The translations under genes and the position numbers were made by a program. Of a DNA stretch of 64,000 nucleotides, positions 19,519-29,588 are shown piece by piece; the stretch's first letter is position 1, and each line of letters starts with the position of its first letter. The notes beneath the pieces were generated by a model, which had not been told where the DNA came from, made no database searches, and saw only the letters and a list, made by a program, of their open reading frames with translations. The DNA comes from an uncultured Bacilli bacterium (GTDB taxonomy: Bacteria; Bacillota_I; Bacilli_A; RF39; UBA660): positions 1,391 through 65,390 of the forward strand of contig CASRZA010000001.1 in assembly GCA_949439935.1 (NCBI GenBank). Reading direction: 5' to 3'.

Positions 19519-20991
19519 ATGGAAATTACTGATAAATTAGTTAAAGAGATAACAGAAACCGCATATCTAAACCAAGAAAATACTTTTAGATATAGACCCA
19601 TTATGCGATTTTTCTATCAAAAGCATGAGCAAGCAGAGAATTGGCTTTATAAAGAAGATATTTATGCGGAGTTGTGTTCTAGCATACCCAATTATACGAT
19701 TGAGGACTGCCAAAGAGACTTGGACTTTTTGGTATCAAAAGGTTCATTGACCCCAGTTCAAGATACTGAAAATGCAACGACGCTGGATAAATTCAAATTC
19801 AATAACTTTCGATACCAAATGACAGACTATGCCGTCGAAATCGAGCGTCTTACCATACGTTTAGAGGAACTTGTTGTAAAAGTTGCCTCTCTCGAGCCGA
19901 GATTGTTTGAAAGAATTAAAAGTATGCTCAAAAAAGTTTTAAACATCACGACAATGACTGAAACAGATATATACGAAATGTGGAACGACCTCATCACAGA
20001 TTTTGAAAACCTTAACTTTAACTATCAAGATTTTATCAAAAAATTTCACGAAGTTAGAACCGAAGAATTACTCCAGAATGAAAGTTTTATTTCCAAAAAG
20101 AATGAACTCATTCATTATTTGGAAGATTTTATTAAAGAATACATTAAGCACAGTAAAGAAATTAAAAAAATACTTGAAGAGATAAAGGACGAAAATGTGA
20201 CATATCTTATGGATTGTTTAGTAAACTACCAAAGAAAAGCACCAAAGATTAGGCCGGACTTTGATTACGATTACTTAAGAGAAGTAAATTTTGGAAAGTG
20301 GTTAAGCATTCGTAAATGGTTTATAAGTTCCAAAGGTCCGAGCGAAGGAGAAAGACTTCTAAAAGCCACGAACAGCATAATATCGAAAATAACCAAATAC
20401 GCGTCAAGTCTCATCGAACTACATGGCAATATGTTAAATAGAAAAGAAGATTATAAATATCTTTGCCATCTTTTCGATAAACAAAGTACCATTGAAGAAG
20501 CACAGAAACTTGCAAGTGCCGTAATCGGGGTAGATATAGTGAGGCATTTTAAAGGGTCGAGTCAGCTTCAAAGCGATTCTATTATACCGAGTCTCGATGT
20601 CGATTCGATTATTATTAAAATAGACCCTGTAAAAAGAGGCGTTAAATGTAAAAGCGACAAAGAGCCAATCAAGGATAAAACTAGAGAAAAAGAGCTCCTC
20701 CTCGAGGCATTTCGACGCGAAGAAAAGCGAAATCGAGAAATATTGAGCAACTTTATTGCAACAGGGAAAAAAGAGTTAAAAGGAAAAGTGTCTATCCTTC
20801 CAGAAGAAAGAGACTACATTTTTAAACTTTTAGAAAAGTCGAAAAGAGAATTAAATAAAGAGGTCTCAGAAGGTGTAGACCCCGTATTCGGAAAAAAATA
20901 TACGATTAAGTACATAGAAGGCCGATGTAATTTAGAGGCGGAGGATGGTATATTCGAAATGGAAGCCATCGAAATCGTATTTGGAGGATAA
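19519..20991 (+). CDS. jetA: Wadjet/Mks-type system component A (JetA/MksF-like)
   Basis: First gene of a four-gene operon with overlapping gene boundaries, preceded by a GGGGGA RBS. Assignment is by operon context with the SMC-like and Toprim genes. Confidence 0.5.
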   Translation: MEITDKLVKEITETAYLNQENTFRYRPIMRFFYQKHEQAENWLYKEDIYAELCSSIPNYTIEDCQRDLDFLVSKGSLTPVQDTENATTLDKFKFNNFRYQMTDYAVEIERLTIRLEELVVKVASLEPRLFERIKSMLKKVLNITTMTETDIYEMWNDLITDFENLNFNYQDFIKKFHEVRTEELLQNESFISKKNELIHYLEDFIKEYIKHSKEIKKILEEIKDENVTYLMDCLVNYQRKAPKIRPDFDYDYLREVNFGKWLSIRKWFISSKGPSEGERLLKATNSIISKITKYASSLIELHGNMLNRKEDYKYLCHLFDKQSTIEEAQKLASAVIGVDIVRHFKGSSQLQSDSIIPSLDVDSIIIKIDPVKRGVKCKSDKEPIKDKTREKELLLEAFRREEKRNREILSNFIATGKKELKGKVSILPEERDYIFKLLEKSKRELNKEVSEGVDPVFGKKYTIKYIEGRCNLEAEDGIFEMEAIEIVFGG

Positions 20992-20992
20992 C

Positions 20993-22186
20993 ATGGAAGA
21001 AGTATCATTGGAAAAGGAAATGAATTTACTCTTAAATAATTTCTGGATTACAAAAGAAGAAAACAAAGAGGATTATTATCTTCTTAAAAAGAATCAAGAC
21101 AAGATAAGAGAATTTATGCATCGAACCGCAGGGAATAAACTGATAGTGCATGACCGTTTTATTAAACTCGAGAAAATCCCAGCCAATGCACGCAAAGAAT
21201 ACAGCATTAATGATTTTACAAAAGTTCTCGACTATGTCATCCTCTTCATTATGCTCATTTATCTCGAGGAAAAGACGAGAGGAGACAAATTTATTTTGTC
21301 TGAGCTAATCGAATATATAAAAAATACAGCTATTACACTGAAATTAGACCATATTCCAAACTGGGATAATGCCATAGACCGACGAAGCTTAATCCGAGTA
21401 CTCGATTACCTCATTGGAATAAACGTAATATTCCTACGAGACCAAGATAACAAAAGTTTTCAAGAACATATAGAAGCCGATGCATTGTATGAAGCTACGG
21501 GTCTTGCTAACTATGTCATACCATCATTCGATTTTGAAATTTACGACTGCAAAACACCAGAAGATTTCCTCGATTTAGAATGGAAAGACCAAGACTTTGA
21601 AAAAGGGGAAGTCCGCAAATATAAAGTTTATAGACATCTCTTGTATGCGCCCGCGACCACCAAAGACGAGTTAACTCGAGGAGAAGAGGATTATGTCAAA
21701 CATCTCCATAAAATGATTGAAAAAGAACTCCAAGAAAAAATCAATTTTGAAGTGGAGATTACTAAAAATATGTGTATGACTTTCACAGATGAATACGCTG
21801 TACAAAAAGAATACTTTCCTAATACAAAAAATATGAGTGATTTGATTTTACTCATTAATAAGACGCTTAAAGATTATAGGCAAAATAAAAATATCGAGAT
21901 AAGAGAGGATGAAACATTTACTCTTTCTCGAAGCGAATTTGATGAAATGATTCGCAGTGCTAGAGAAGAAAAAACAGAATACTTTAGCAAAAAATATACA
22001 GATATTCCCCTGAACAAATTATTGGAAGAAATCTATACAGCTATGGAAGCGTATCATTTTATAATGATAAAAGGGGAAACGGTGATAGTCTATCCATTAG
22101 TCGATAGATTTATCGCAAAGCTAACGCAACAAAAACAAGCTGAACATTTACAGCTAACGAATGAAGGTGAATTTGATGAATTATAA
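20993..22186 (+). CDS. jetB: Wadjet/Mks-type system component B (JetB/MksE-like)
   Basis: Second gene. The ORF opens at 20945, but the likely start is the ATG at 20993, which has a GGAGGA RBS. Its end overlaps the start of the SMC-like gene. Confidence 0.5.
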   Translation: MEEVSLEKEMNLLLNNFWITKEENKEDYYLLKKNQDKIREFMHRTAGNKLIVHDRFIKLEKIPANARKEYSINDFTKVLDYVILFIMLIYLEEKTRGDKFILSELIEYIKNTAITLKLDHIPNWDNAIDRRSLIRVLDYLIGINVIFLRDQDNKSFQEHIEADALYEATGLANYVIPSFDFEIYDCKTPEDFLDLEWKDQDFEKGEVRKYKVYRHLLYAPATTKDELTRGEEDYVKHLHKMIEKELQEKINFEVEITKNMCMTFTDEYAVQKEYFPNTKNMSDLILLINKTLKDYRQNKNIEIREDETFTLSRSEFDEMIRSAREEKTEYFSKKYTDIPLNKLLEEIYTAMEAYHFIMIKGETVIVYPLVDRFIAKLTQQKQAEHLQLTNEGEFDEL

Positions 22187-25100
22187 ACCTACAAGGATAG
22201 GATTATTAAACTTTTGGCTATATGATGACGAAGAATTTGATTTTGCAGATGGTAAACTTCTCTTGAGGGGAGAAAACGGTTCTGGAAAATCGGTCACGAT
22301 GCAATCATTTATCCCACTCATTTTAGATGGAAACAAATCTCCGAAGCGATTGGACCCTTTCGGTAGTACCGATAAACACATCGAAGCTTATTTACTTGGT
22401 GGCTACGACACAGAACAAAAAAACGAAGCGACGGGATACCTCTTTATGGAATTTTATGAAGAATCGACACTTAAATATATAACGATAGGTATGGGGCTTC
22501 ACGCACGAAAAGGTCGACCAGTCGATTTTTGGGGATTCGCTATCACGGATGGCAAACGAATAAACAGAGATTTCTTTCTTTACAAAAACCATGTGCAAAA
22601 AGTACCTTTAAGCAAAAACGAATTAAGAACAGCTTTAGGCCCTATGAATACACTTGTCGATACAACTAAAGAATATAAAAAAATGGTAAATAACATTCTA
22701 TTTGGATTTCAAAATCTCGAAGATTATGATGAATTCATAAATGTATTAATTCAACTACGTAGTCCTAAGCTTTCGAAAGATTATAAACCGACCGTGTTGA
22801 TGGACATTTTAAGTAAAGTATTACAACCTCTTACAGAAGATGATTTGCGGCCTCTTTCTGAAGCAGTGGAAGAGATGGATAACACCAAAGAAAAGATTGA
22901 GCAACTGAAAAAACACTTAAAGCAATTATCTTATCTCATGCAATCTTATAGAAACTATAATGAATCGATACTCTATAAAAAAGCGAGTAATTTTAAAGAG
23001 AGCAGAGTAGCAGAGGAAAAAGCAAAAGCTGAACTTGCTGAAATTGAAAACAAAATCGTCAATGCTGAAAAGAAAATTGTTGAACTCGACCAAAGTTTAA
23101 CGGAACTTGAAATCGAACTAGAAGCAGCCAAAAAGTCTCGTTCAGAAATTGATAGCAAAGATTTAGAAAGCAATATTCAAAAAGTAAAAGAGTTAGAAGA
23201 AGCCATTACCAAATTGAACGCAGAGCTTTCAGGCTATTCTGAAAGACAAGAAGCGCTGGAAAATAAAAGACTAGACGCGGAAAAGAAAAAAAAGCACTGC
23301 GAAGATGAGTTAGCATCTCTTGAAAGAAGAATTGCAAGAACTATTAATTCTATCGATGGATTATGCAGTGAAGTCATGTTTAATGACCCAGTTTTACTTT
23401 TAAAGGATTACCAAAAAGACAATAAAAATATAATTGATTTTGATTCCATATTACAAAGGACAAATGGTCATAACCAAAAGTTATACGAAGTGCTTTCAAA
23501 ATTAAAAGAAAAAACGATAAAAGAAATACACTTCGGTGAAATAGAAAGCGAACTGAACATTCTCAACAAAGAGCAGAGCGACCTAATTCACAAATTAGAG
23601 ATAGGACAAAGTTCTTTAGAAGAAATGCTTGCTACTATGCGCGATGAAATACTTTTTATAGAAAAATCTAATCAATTTGTTAAATTCGATGCAGACGATA
23701 AAAATCGTCTTCTAAAACCGACATACGATTTTTCAAAGAGCAATTATGATGAAGCAAAGACATTCTATCAAAATCTTGCCGATTCCTACTATAAAGAAGC
23801 GAACAAAGCATTTTATTTCATCGAGAATAAATTAAAAGCTACGAAAGAAAATCTTAGTACGCTACATTGTCAACTGGAAGAACTTAAAAATCAAAAAGAA
23901 GAAGAGATACCATTAGATATAGAGGAAGAAAGTACTTTTGCATTCTTAAAGAGCCAAAATGTCCCATTTATTCCATTCTATAAAGCAGTAGACTTCATCG
24001 AGAATCTTTCCGCAAAGACAAAAAATCATATTGAGGCGACAATGCTAAAAGCAGGACTTCTTAACGCACTTCTTATCGATACGAAGGACTTAGAGAAAGT
24101 CGTCAACCATAAAGGTGTTTTCTTGACACCGGGTCCAAAAAAAAGAAACAATCTAACGAAGTACTTTAGTTGTGCAAAAAATATAGATTTCGAAAGTAAA
24201 ATTGTCATCAACGTTTTGGAGTCTTTAAGTATTGATAGCGATGAACTCATTTCTTTCAGTGAAAATTCATTTAAAATAGAGACGATTCATGGGTACGGTG
24301 CGCAAAATGAAAATCAAAAATATATCGGTATTCTTGCCAGAATTGAAGCTCATCAAAAAACTATCGATGCAAAAATGTCTGCTATCAAGGAAGTGGAAGA
24401 GACAAAGGCACAATTAGAGAAAGCTTTAGAAGAAAAGGGACTGGAAGTTCAAACAATAGAACACGAAAAAACCTTGTACCCAAATGACACGAAAGTGGAA
24501 GAAATTATCATAGGAATAAACGAGTTAGAACTTCGGCTAGATATCAAAAAAAAAGAAATTCTACAAACGGAGGAAAAAGCAACTTCATTGAAAGACTCAT
24601 TGAATATATTGTATAAAGAAATAAACGAACACAAAGATACGATTGCTCTACCATTAACTGAAGAATCAATCAGTGATGCTTTAAGTTCGTTGACAATCTT
24701 GATAAATGAAATAAATGATTTAAAAAGTGATTACCAACAATTAATACAAAATCGAGAGAATCTTTCCTTAATAGACGAAAGAATAGAAGAAATCACTGCA
24801 TCGCTCGGCGAAATATACCTCAAAATAGAAGAAAATAAAAAAACAGCTCAAAAATACATGTCTACAAAAAACAATATTGAGGAAATCCTAAACTCAGAAG
24901 AAACTAAAAAATTGAGCGAATTGCTTAGAACACTGGACGAAAAAATCGATTCGATTCCTAAGAAACAAGGTAACCTTAGAGAAGAAAAAGGGACATTGGT
25001 TGCAGATTTGACAAACTACAAAAACGCTTTAGAAAATAATCGAATTAGCTATAATACAAAAAAAGACATGACAGAGATATATAGAAATATATTTATGAAT

Positions 25101-26231
25101 GAATATAATCTAAACTATGTCATGAAATGCGAAGGAAACGATACAGAATTAGCGAATAGGGTCTTCGACCAACTATCTGCCAAGAAAAATGCAGATGAAA
25201 AAACACTTTTCGAAAACTTTGTCGACAATTACAATAAATACAAAAATGAGTTAGCGGAATACAAACTGTCATATAAAACTCTCTTTGAGACGGTGGAAGA
25301 GGGGGAATTCAAGGCTGTTTATGAAACAGCTACGAGAAGAGACTATACTGTCATTTACCAAGGCCGCACAATGAACTTATTCGCTCTTGAGAATGAACTA
25401 AACGCCTCGATAATAGAAAATGAACAAATCATAAGTGACCAAGATAGAAATCTTTTCGAAGAAATACTTTTAAAAACGGTAGGTAACAAAATTCGGGAAC
25501 ACATCGATGATGCCAAAAAGTGGATTAAGACGATAAACCAAATTATGAGAAATATGCAAACATCAAGCGCGCTATCATTCCAATTAGAATGGCATCCTAA
25601 AGATAAAGACTCGATTGACGAAATAGACACCCGCGAATTGATAAGCTTATTCAACATAAATCCAGACATGATAAAACCGTCTGACAGTGACAAACTGATA
25701 AAACACTTCCGTTCTAAATTAAAAAGTAGGATTGAAGAGGAAACCCACGAGAGCTACGCTGATATTATTTTTGACATCCTCGATTATCGCAACTGGTTCC
25801 AATTCAAAATGTATTACACGAGAGCAGGCGAAAATAGACATGAACTCACAGACAAAGTTTTCTCTGTCTTCAGTGGTGGAGAAAAAGCAAAAACGATGTA
25901 TCTACCACTTTTCACCGCGGTCTGTGCTAAACTACAAAGTGCTCGAAAGAATGCACCTCATATAGTCGCTCTCGATGAAGCTTTTGCGGGTGTCGATGAT
26001 GCAAACATTCGAGAAATGTTTGGAATCATGGGTTCACTAAATCTCGATTATATTCTCACATCACAAGCACTATGGGGAGACTTTGATACGATTAAAGAAT
26101 TAGGAATATCGGAATTGTTAAGACCGAATAATTCTTCGGTTGTAGGAATAAGACGATATCATTGGAACGGATTTGTAAAAGAAGTAGTACAAAAAAGGAA
26201 AGTGGAAGATGAACCTATGGACATATTTTAA
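22176..26231 (+). CDS. jetC: SMC-like ABC ATPase with long coiled coil (JetC/MksB-like)
   Basis: N-terminal Walker A GENGSGKS, very long heptad-rich coiled-coil middle, C-terminal ABC signature SGGEK and Walker B HIVALDEAF. ~1350 aa, matching the SMC-like component of the conserved four-gene (TIGR02677-80 type) operon. Confidence 0.7.
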   Translation: MNYKPTRIGLLNFWLYDDEEFDFADGKLLLRGENGSGKSVTMQSFIPLILDGNKSPKRLDPFGSTDKHIEAYLLGGYDTEQKNEATGYLFMEFYEESTLKYITIGMGLHARKGRPVDFWGFAITDGKRINRDFFLYKNHVQKVPLSKNELRTALGPMNTLVDTTKEYKKMVNNILFGFQNLEDYDEFINVLIQLRSPKLSKDYKPTVLMDILSKVLQPLTEDDLRPLSEAVEEMDNTKEKIEQLKKHLKQLSYLMQSYRNYNESILYKKASNFKESRVAEEKAKAELAEIENKIVNAEKKIVELDQSLTELEIELEAAKKSRSEIDSKDLESNIQKVKELEEAITKLNAELSGYSERQEALENKRLDAEKKKKHCEDELASLERRIARTINSIDGLCSEVMFNDPVLLLKDYQKDNKNIIDFDSILQRTNGHNQKLYEVLSKLKEKTIKEIHFGEIESELNILNKEQSDLIHKLEIGQSSLEEMLATMRDEILFIEKSNQFVKFDADDKNRLLKPTYDFSKSNYDEAKTFYQNLADSYYKEANKAFYFIENKLKATKENLSTLHCQLEELKNQKEEEIPLDIEEESTFAFLKSQNVPFIPFYKAVDFIENLSAKTKNHIEATMLKAGLLNALLIDTKDLEKVVNHKGVFLTPGPKKRNNLTKYFSCAKNIDFESKIVINVLESLSIDSDELISFSENSFKIETIHGYGAQNENQKYIGILARIEAHQKTIDAKMSAIKEVEETKAQLEKALEEKGLEVQTIEHEKTLYPNDTKVEEIIIGINELELRLDIKKKEILQTEEKATSLKDSLNILYKEINEHKDTIALPLTEESISDALSSLTILINEINDLKSDYQQLIQNRENLSLIDERIEEITASLGEIYLKIEENKKTAQKYMSTKNNIEEILNSEETKKLSELLRTLDEKIDSIPKKQGNLREEKGTLVADLTNYKNALENNRISYNTKKDMTEIYRNIFMNEYNLNYVMKCEGNDTELANRVFDQLSAKKNADEKTLFENFVDNYNKYKNELAEYKLSYKTLFETVEEGEFKAVYETATRRDYTVIYQGRTMNLFALENELNASIIENEQIISDQDRNLFEEILLKTVGNKIREHIDDAKKWIKTINQIMRNMQTSSALSFQLEWHPKDKDSIDEIDTRELISLFNINPDMIKPSDSDKLIKHFRSKLKSRIEEETHESYADIIFDILDYRNWFQFKMYYTRAGENRHELTDKVFSVFSGGEKAKTMYLPLFTAVCAKLQSARKNAPHIVALDEAFAGVDDANIREMFGIMGSLNLDYILTSQALWGDFDTIKELGISELLRPNNSSVVGIRRYHWNGFVKEVVQKRKVEDEPMDIF

Positions 26232-27459
26232 AGAAAGAAGAGGTTTTGACAGGTTACTCATTGCTCTTAAGGAAAAATACATTTCTTTAGGACGATACAG
26301 TGGAACTGTCGCATTAGACAATTTGACCGAGCTGGAAGCAGAAGAACTGTCAAAATTTTTTGGACAGAAACTTTATCCAGGCGAATCCTTCAAAACCTCT
26401 TTTTCAAAAATAGAAAAAAAGCTAAAAAACACGATTTATGAAAATTTCTCCTGGGAGACAGTGTTTATCAACTACTTCGGAAAACAACCTATCCCAAAAG
26501 CTACCATCCGAAACCAAAAGAGAGAAACTGAGCAACAATTTTTCAGAAATATTGCAAATAATCTTTCACCAACATTAAGACAAGAATTTGGCAGAATCGT
26601 GCAAGAAAAGAGTTCGATACATTCTTTATTAGTGAAAAGGTATCGCAAGGAAAAGAACTTTGAGAAAGAACTGTCCAACTTATTAGAAATTATCGAAAAT
26701 TTGAAAGAACTCACACCAAGCACTCTTTCTTTGATTGCATCTCATACGGGAAATCCACACTTTTTGGATATGGGTACACAAAACAATAGTTTGTTCATAA
26801 AAATTTTGGCTCTGTATAAAGGACTAGAAGAACCATTGACAAATCAAGAAAAAATTGATTTCCTTTCTGAATTGGGAATTGCAGTGGATGATTTATCAAA
26901 CTATGCGATTACCTATATGCTCGACAGCAATACGACTTTTATTAAAAGCTTTAAAGAAGCAGAAGAACCATTAAACATTAACCTTCATAATATCGAAAAA
27001 ATAGATAACTTATTTACTAAAATTGGTCATGTGTTCCTCTTTGAAAATCCGTCTATTCTATCTAAATTGTCTTATTTAAATGTCCCTATTATTATCACTT
27101 CGGGTAATCCAAACTATGTAGTTTATAAGCTTTTAGACAAGCTTGTACAGAATAAGATTTGTATCCATTACAACGGTGATTTTGATCCAGAAGGTCTTAT
27201 AATTGCTAACAATCTTAAAAATCGATACCCTACTATGCAATTGTTTTGCTATGAGGGGCGAGATTTTTACAATACAATATCGGATAATATATTAAATGAG
27301 CCTCGCTTGAAAAAACTACGTCTTGTAGAATGTTCAGATTTGCAAAACATAAAAAGATTGCTCTTAAAAGAAAAACGATGTGGTTATCAAGAGAATAATT
27401 TAGAAAGAATAAAGGAGTATATCGAAAAAATAACAGTTAAGCAATCGGTAGAAGTCTAA
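26209..27459 (+). CDS. jetD: Toprim-domain protein (JetD/MksG-like)
   Basis: Fourth gene, overlapping the jetC stop. The C-terminal region has a Toprim-like layout: VPIIITSGNP, then CIHYNGDFDPEG (DxD). Confidence 0.6.
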   Translation: MNLWTYFKERRGFDRLLIALKEKYISLGRYSGTVALDNLTELEAEELSKFFGQKLYPGESFKTSFSKIEKKLKNTIYENFSWETVFINYFGKQPIPKATIRNQKRETEQQFFRNIANNLSPTLRQEFGRIVQEKSSIHSLLVKRYRKEKNFEKELSNLLEIIENLKELTPSTLSLIASHTGNPHFLDMGTQNNSLFIKILALYKGLEEPLTNQEKIDFLSELGIAVDDLSNYAITYMLDSNTTFIKSFKEAEEPLNINLHNIEKIDNLFTKIGHVFLFENPSILSKLSYLNVPIIITSGNPNYVVYKLLDKLVQNKICIHYNGDFDPEGLIIANNLKNRYPTMQLFCYEGRDFYNTISDNILNEPRLKKLRLVECSDLQNIKRLLLKEKRCGYQENNLERIKEYIEKITVKQSVEV

Positions 27460-27564
27460 TTATACTATTCACAACACTTCATATAAAGTGAAATGTTTCT
27501 GAGTTTTTGACTGCAATAGAATAAAGCACATCTAAATTCCTCGGTCATATATTATACCGAGGAT

Positions 27565-27869
27565 GTGTTTTATATGAAAAATACTTACGGTAACTTAGAC
27601 AGAGTTTTAACAGGCATTGTAATTGACCCTGGGCACGGAGGCGCGGATGGAGGGGCTTCTGGAAACGGAATTGTGGAAAAAAATATGACTTTGGATATAA
27701 GCAATTACATGTTTAACAGATTTAAAGAGTTGGGTGTTCCCGTAGCAATGACGCGAACTGGAGATGTAGAGTTGACTTCGTCGACAAGGCCTAGAAAGGT
27801 TCTAGATGCATTTGGAAGTGGAAAAGATGTGATTGTCTTATCTAATCACATAAATGCAGGAGGTGCGGA
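27565..27869 (+). pseudogene. N-acetylmuramoyl-L-alanine amidase (Amidase_3 + LysM), 5' segment
   Basis: IDPGHGGADGGA...LSNHINAGGAE, then the frame runs into inserted DNA (FSYHC*). Read across the junction, the frame continues exactly at 41320 (NAGGAEGAEVIY). Confidence 0.75.
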
Positions 27870-28226
27870 GTTCAGTTACCATTGTTAGATTAGTTGGGTA
27901 TAAGGACAAATAATTGAAATAAAATATATAAAAAGTAGAATTTTAGAAATTGTAATAACCCTAAAATTTAAATTTCGTTGAATCAATCTAAAGTGCACAA
28001 TTAAGTGCATTTTAATAAAAAAAACGAATTTCCAAAAGAAAGTGCACAATAATAAAGAAAAAAACATCTAATTTTTATGAAAAAATGATTGAATAATAAA
28101 CAAAAAGCGATAATTGTTTCACGACAAAAAGATTACAGTGAAATCAAATTATAAAAGTAAGCGCACAATAATTTAACTACTGTAAGTGAGATATATTATA
28201 CAAAAATAAAATAAATAGTCAATAAT

Positions 28227-28252
28227 GAATTTGACAGCATGAATCCAATGTT
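28227..28252. repeat. 26-bp direct repeat flanking the IS (GAATTTGACAGCATGAATCCAATGTT), copy 1
   Basis: Perfect 26/26 match to 29497-29522. Confidence 0.8.
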
Positions 28253-29496
28253 TGTTGAGTTACAATAGATGTGAGACCTGAGTATGTACAAAAAAAGATT
28301 TAAGTCGTAAAATATCGTTTAAGAAAAAACACGAAAGGACTTAAATCTATGAACAGTATAACACAAAAAGCAAATAATTCAAGATATTTACCACACGAGG
28401 TAGAAACACGTATATACGCAGTCAAATTATATAGAGGAGGTAATTCAGTTAAATATGTGTGTAGAAAATACCATATTTCTAAGGCTTCTCTTATGAGATG
28501 GAATAAAAAATATGATGGAACAAATGAATCTTTAATTGATAAATCTCATAGACCACTTACTCCTCATCCTAATGCTCATACTGATGAAGAACTAAAGTGG
28601 ATTTGGAATTATGTTAGAAGAACACCCAATATTACTCTAGGTGAATTATGGGTTAAACTTAAAAGTAATAAAGGTTACTCTAGACATCCCGGCAGCCTTT
28701 ATAGAGTTTTGAGAAGAAATGGATTTAAATATAAGATTAATATCAATCATACTTCTAAATATGTTCCTAAACCATATGATACTCCTAAGTCTTTAGGAGT
28801 AAAATGGCAGATTGATGTTAAATATGTTCCAAGAGAATGTCTAACTAATTCTATACCAAGTGATTTAAAGTTTTATCAATATACTTGCATTGATGAGGCA
28901 TCAAGAGAAAGATTTCTCTATTGGTATGACGAACAATCACCTGCCTCTACAGTAAATTTTATAAATAGATCTATCGAATACTTTGGATATAAACCTAAAA
29001 CTATTCAGACAGACAATGGACAGGAATTCACTTGGAATAGAGAAAAGATGAAAAAGATACATCCAGTCGATGAACTGTGCATTTCTCTTAATATAGAACA
29101 TTACAAAATTAAACCTAGAACGCCTAGACATAATGGCAAGGTAGAAAGAAGTCATCGAAGTGATAATGAGAGATTTTACAACAATCATTCTTTCTACTCT
29201 TTAGAAGACTTACAAAAACAAGGTGAGGTCTACCTCAAAAGATCTAATAATATCCCTATGCAAGTTTTAAAATATAAAACACCTTTAGAACAAAGAATGC
29301 TTTTATCTTTTGAAAGTTAATAATTATAATCCAAAATAAAAAGTTAGATCAAGGTAAGATAAACTTGGCTTCGCCAAACCTTGACTAACTTTCCATTTTG
29401 AATTCTCCTATGTCTAACTTCAAAAGAAAAAAAACGATATTTTGACCTACATCATTTTCTTGTAAAAGTTGGTCTCACATCATTTACATTTCTACA
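28253..29496 (+). mobile_element. insertion sequence (~1.24 kb), IS481/IS1202-like DDE (rve) transposase
   Basis: Imperfect terminal inverted repeats begin TGT and include GATGTGAGACC ... AAAATATCGTTT blocks at both ends. It holds a single transposase ORF and is flanked by perfect 26-bp direct repeats. Confidence 0.6.
28349..29320 (+). CDS. DDE (rve) transposase with N-terminal HTH
   Basis: HTH-like N-terminus. Integrase-core motifs WQIDVKYV, TDNGQEF and PRTPRHNGKVERSHR (D-D-E with the GK-ER signature). Confidence 0.7.
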   Translation: MNSITQKANNSRYLPHEVETRIYAVKLYRGGNSVKYVCRKYHISKASLMRWNKKYDGTNESLIDKSHRPLTPHPNAHTDEELKWIWNYVRRTPNITLGELWVKLKSNKGYSRHPGSLYRVLRRNGFKYKININHTSKYVPKPYDTPKSLGVKWQIDVKYVPRECLTNSIPSDLKFYQYTCIDEASRERFLYWYDEQSPASTVNFINRSIEYFGYKPKTIQTDNGQEFTWNREKMKKIHPVDELCISLNIEHYKIKPRTPRHNGKVERSHRSDNERFYNNHSFYSLEDLQKQGEVYLKRSNNIPMQVLKYKTPLEQRMLLSFES

Positions 29497-29522
29497 GAAT
29501 TTGACAGCATGAATCCAATGTT
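29497..29522. repeat. 26-bp direct repeat flanking the IS, copy 2
   Basis: Identical to 28227-28252. Confidence 0.8.
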
Positions 29523-29588
29523 GTGATGATAAAGGCTTGCCAACAGGCTAAAAAAAGCCTATTGGCAGTTAAGCCTATCACAACATTG
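29516..29588. repeat. long imperfect palindrome (~30-bp arms) overlapping the direct repeat
   Basis: CAATGTTGTGATGATAAAGGCTTGCCAACAGGC ... GCCTATTGGCAGTTAAGCCTATCACAACATTG. The arms are near reverse complements. Confidence 0.55.

Noticed and set aside
22181-25693. Several 60-112-aa minus-strand ORFs inside jetC (22181-22381, 22392-22598, 22973-23173, 24026-24250, 24449-24634, 25355-25693)
   Set aside because: They are shadow ORFs within a 4-kb gene with clear SMC-like motifs. They have no RBS and low-complexity translations.
27860-27869. Reading the 10-bp GAGGTGCGGA at both junctions as a transposon-style target-site duplication
   Set aside because: The element carries a serine recombinase, not a DDE transposase. 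A shared attP/attB common core with inverted flanking half-sites explains the identity better. The uninterrupted amidase frame needs only one copy of the core.
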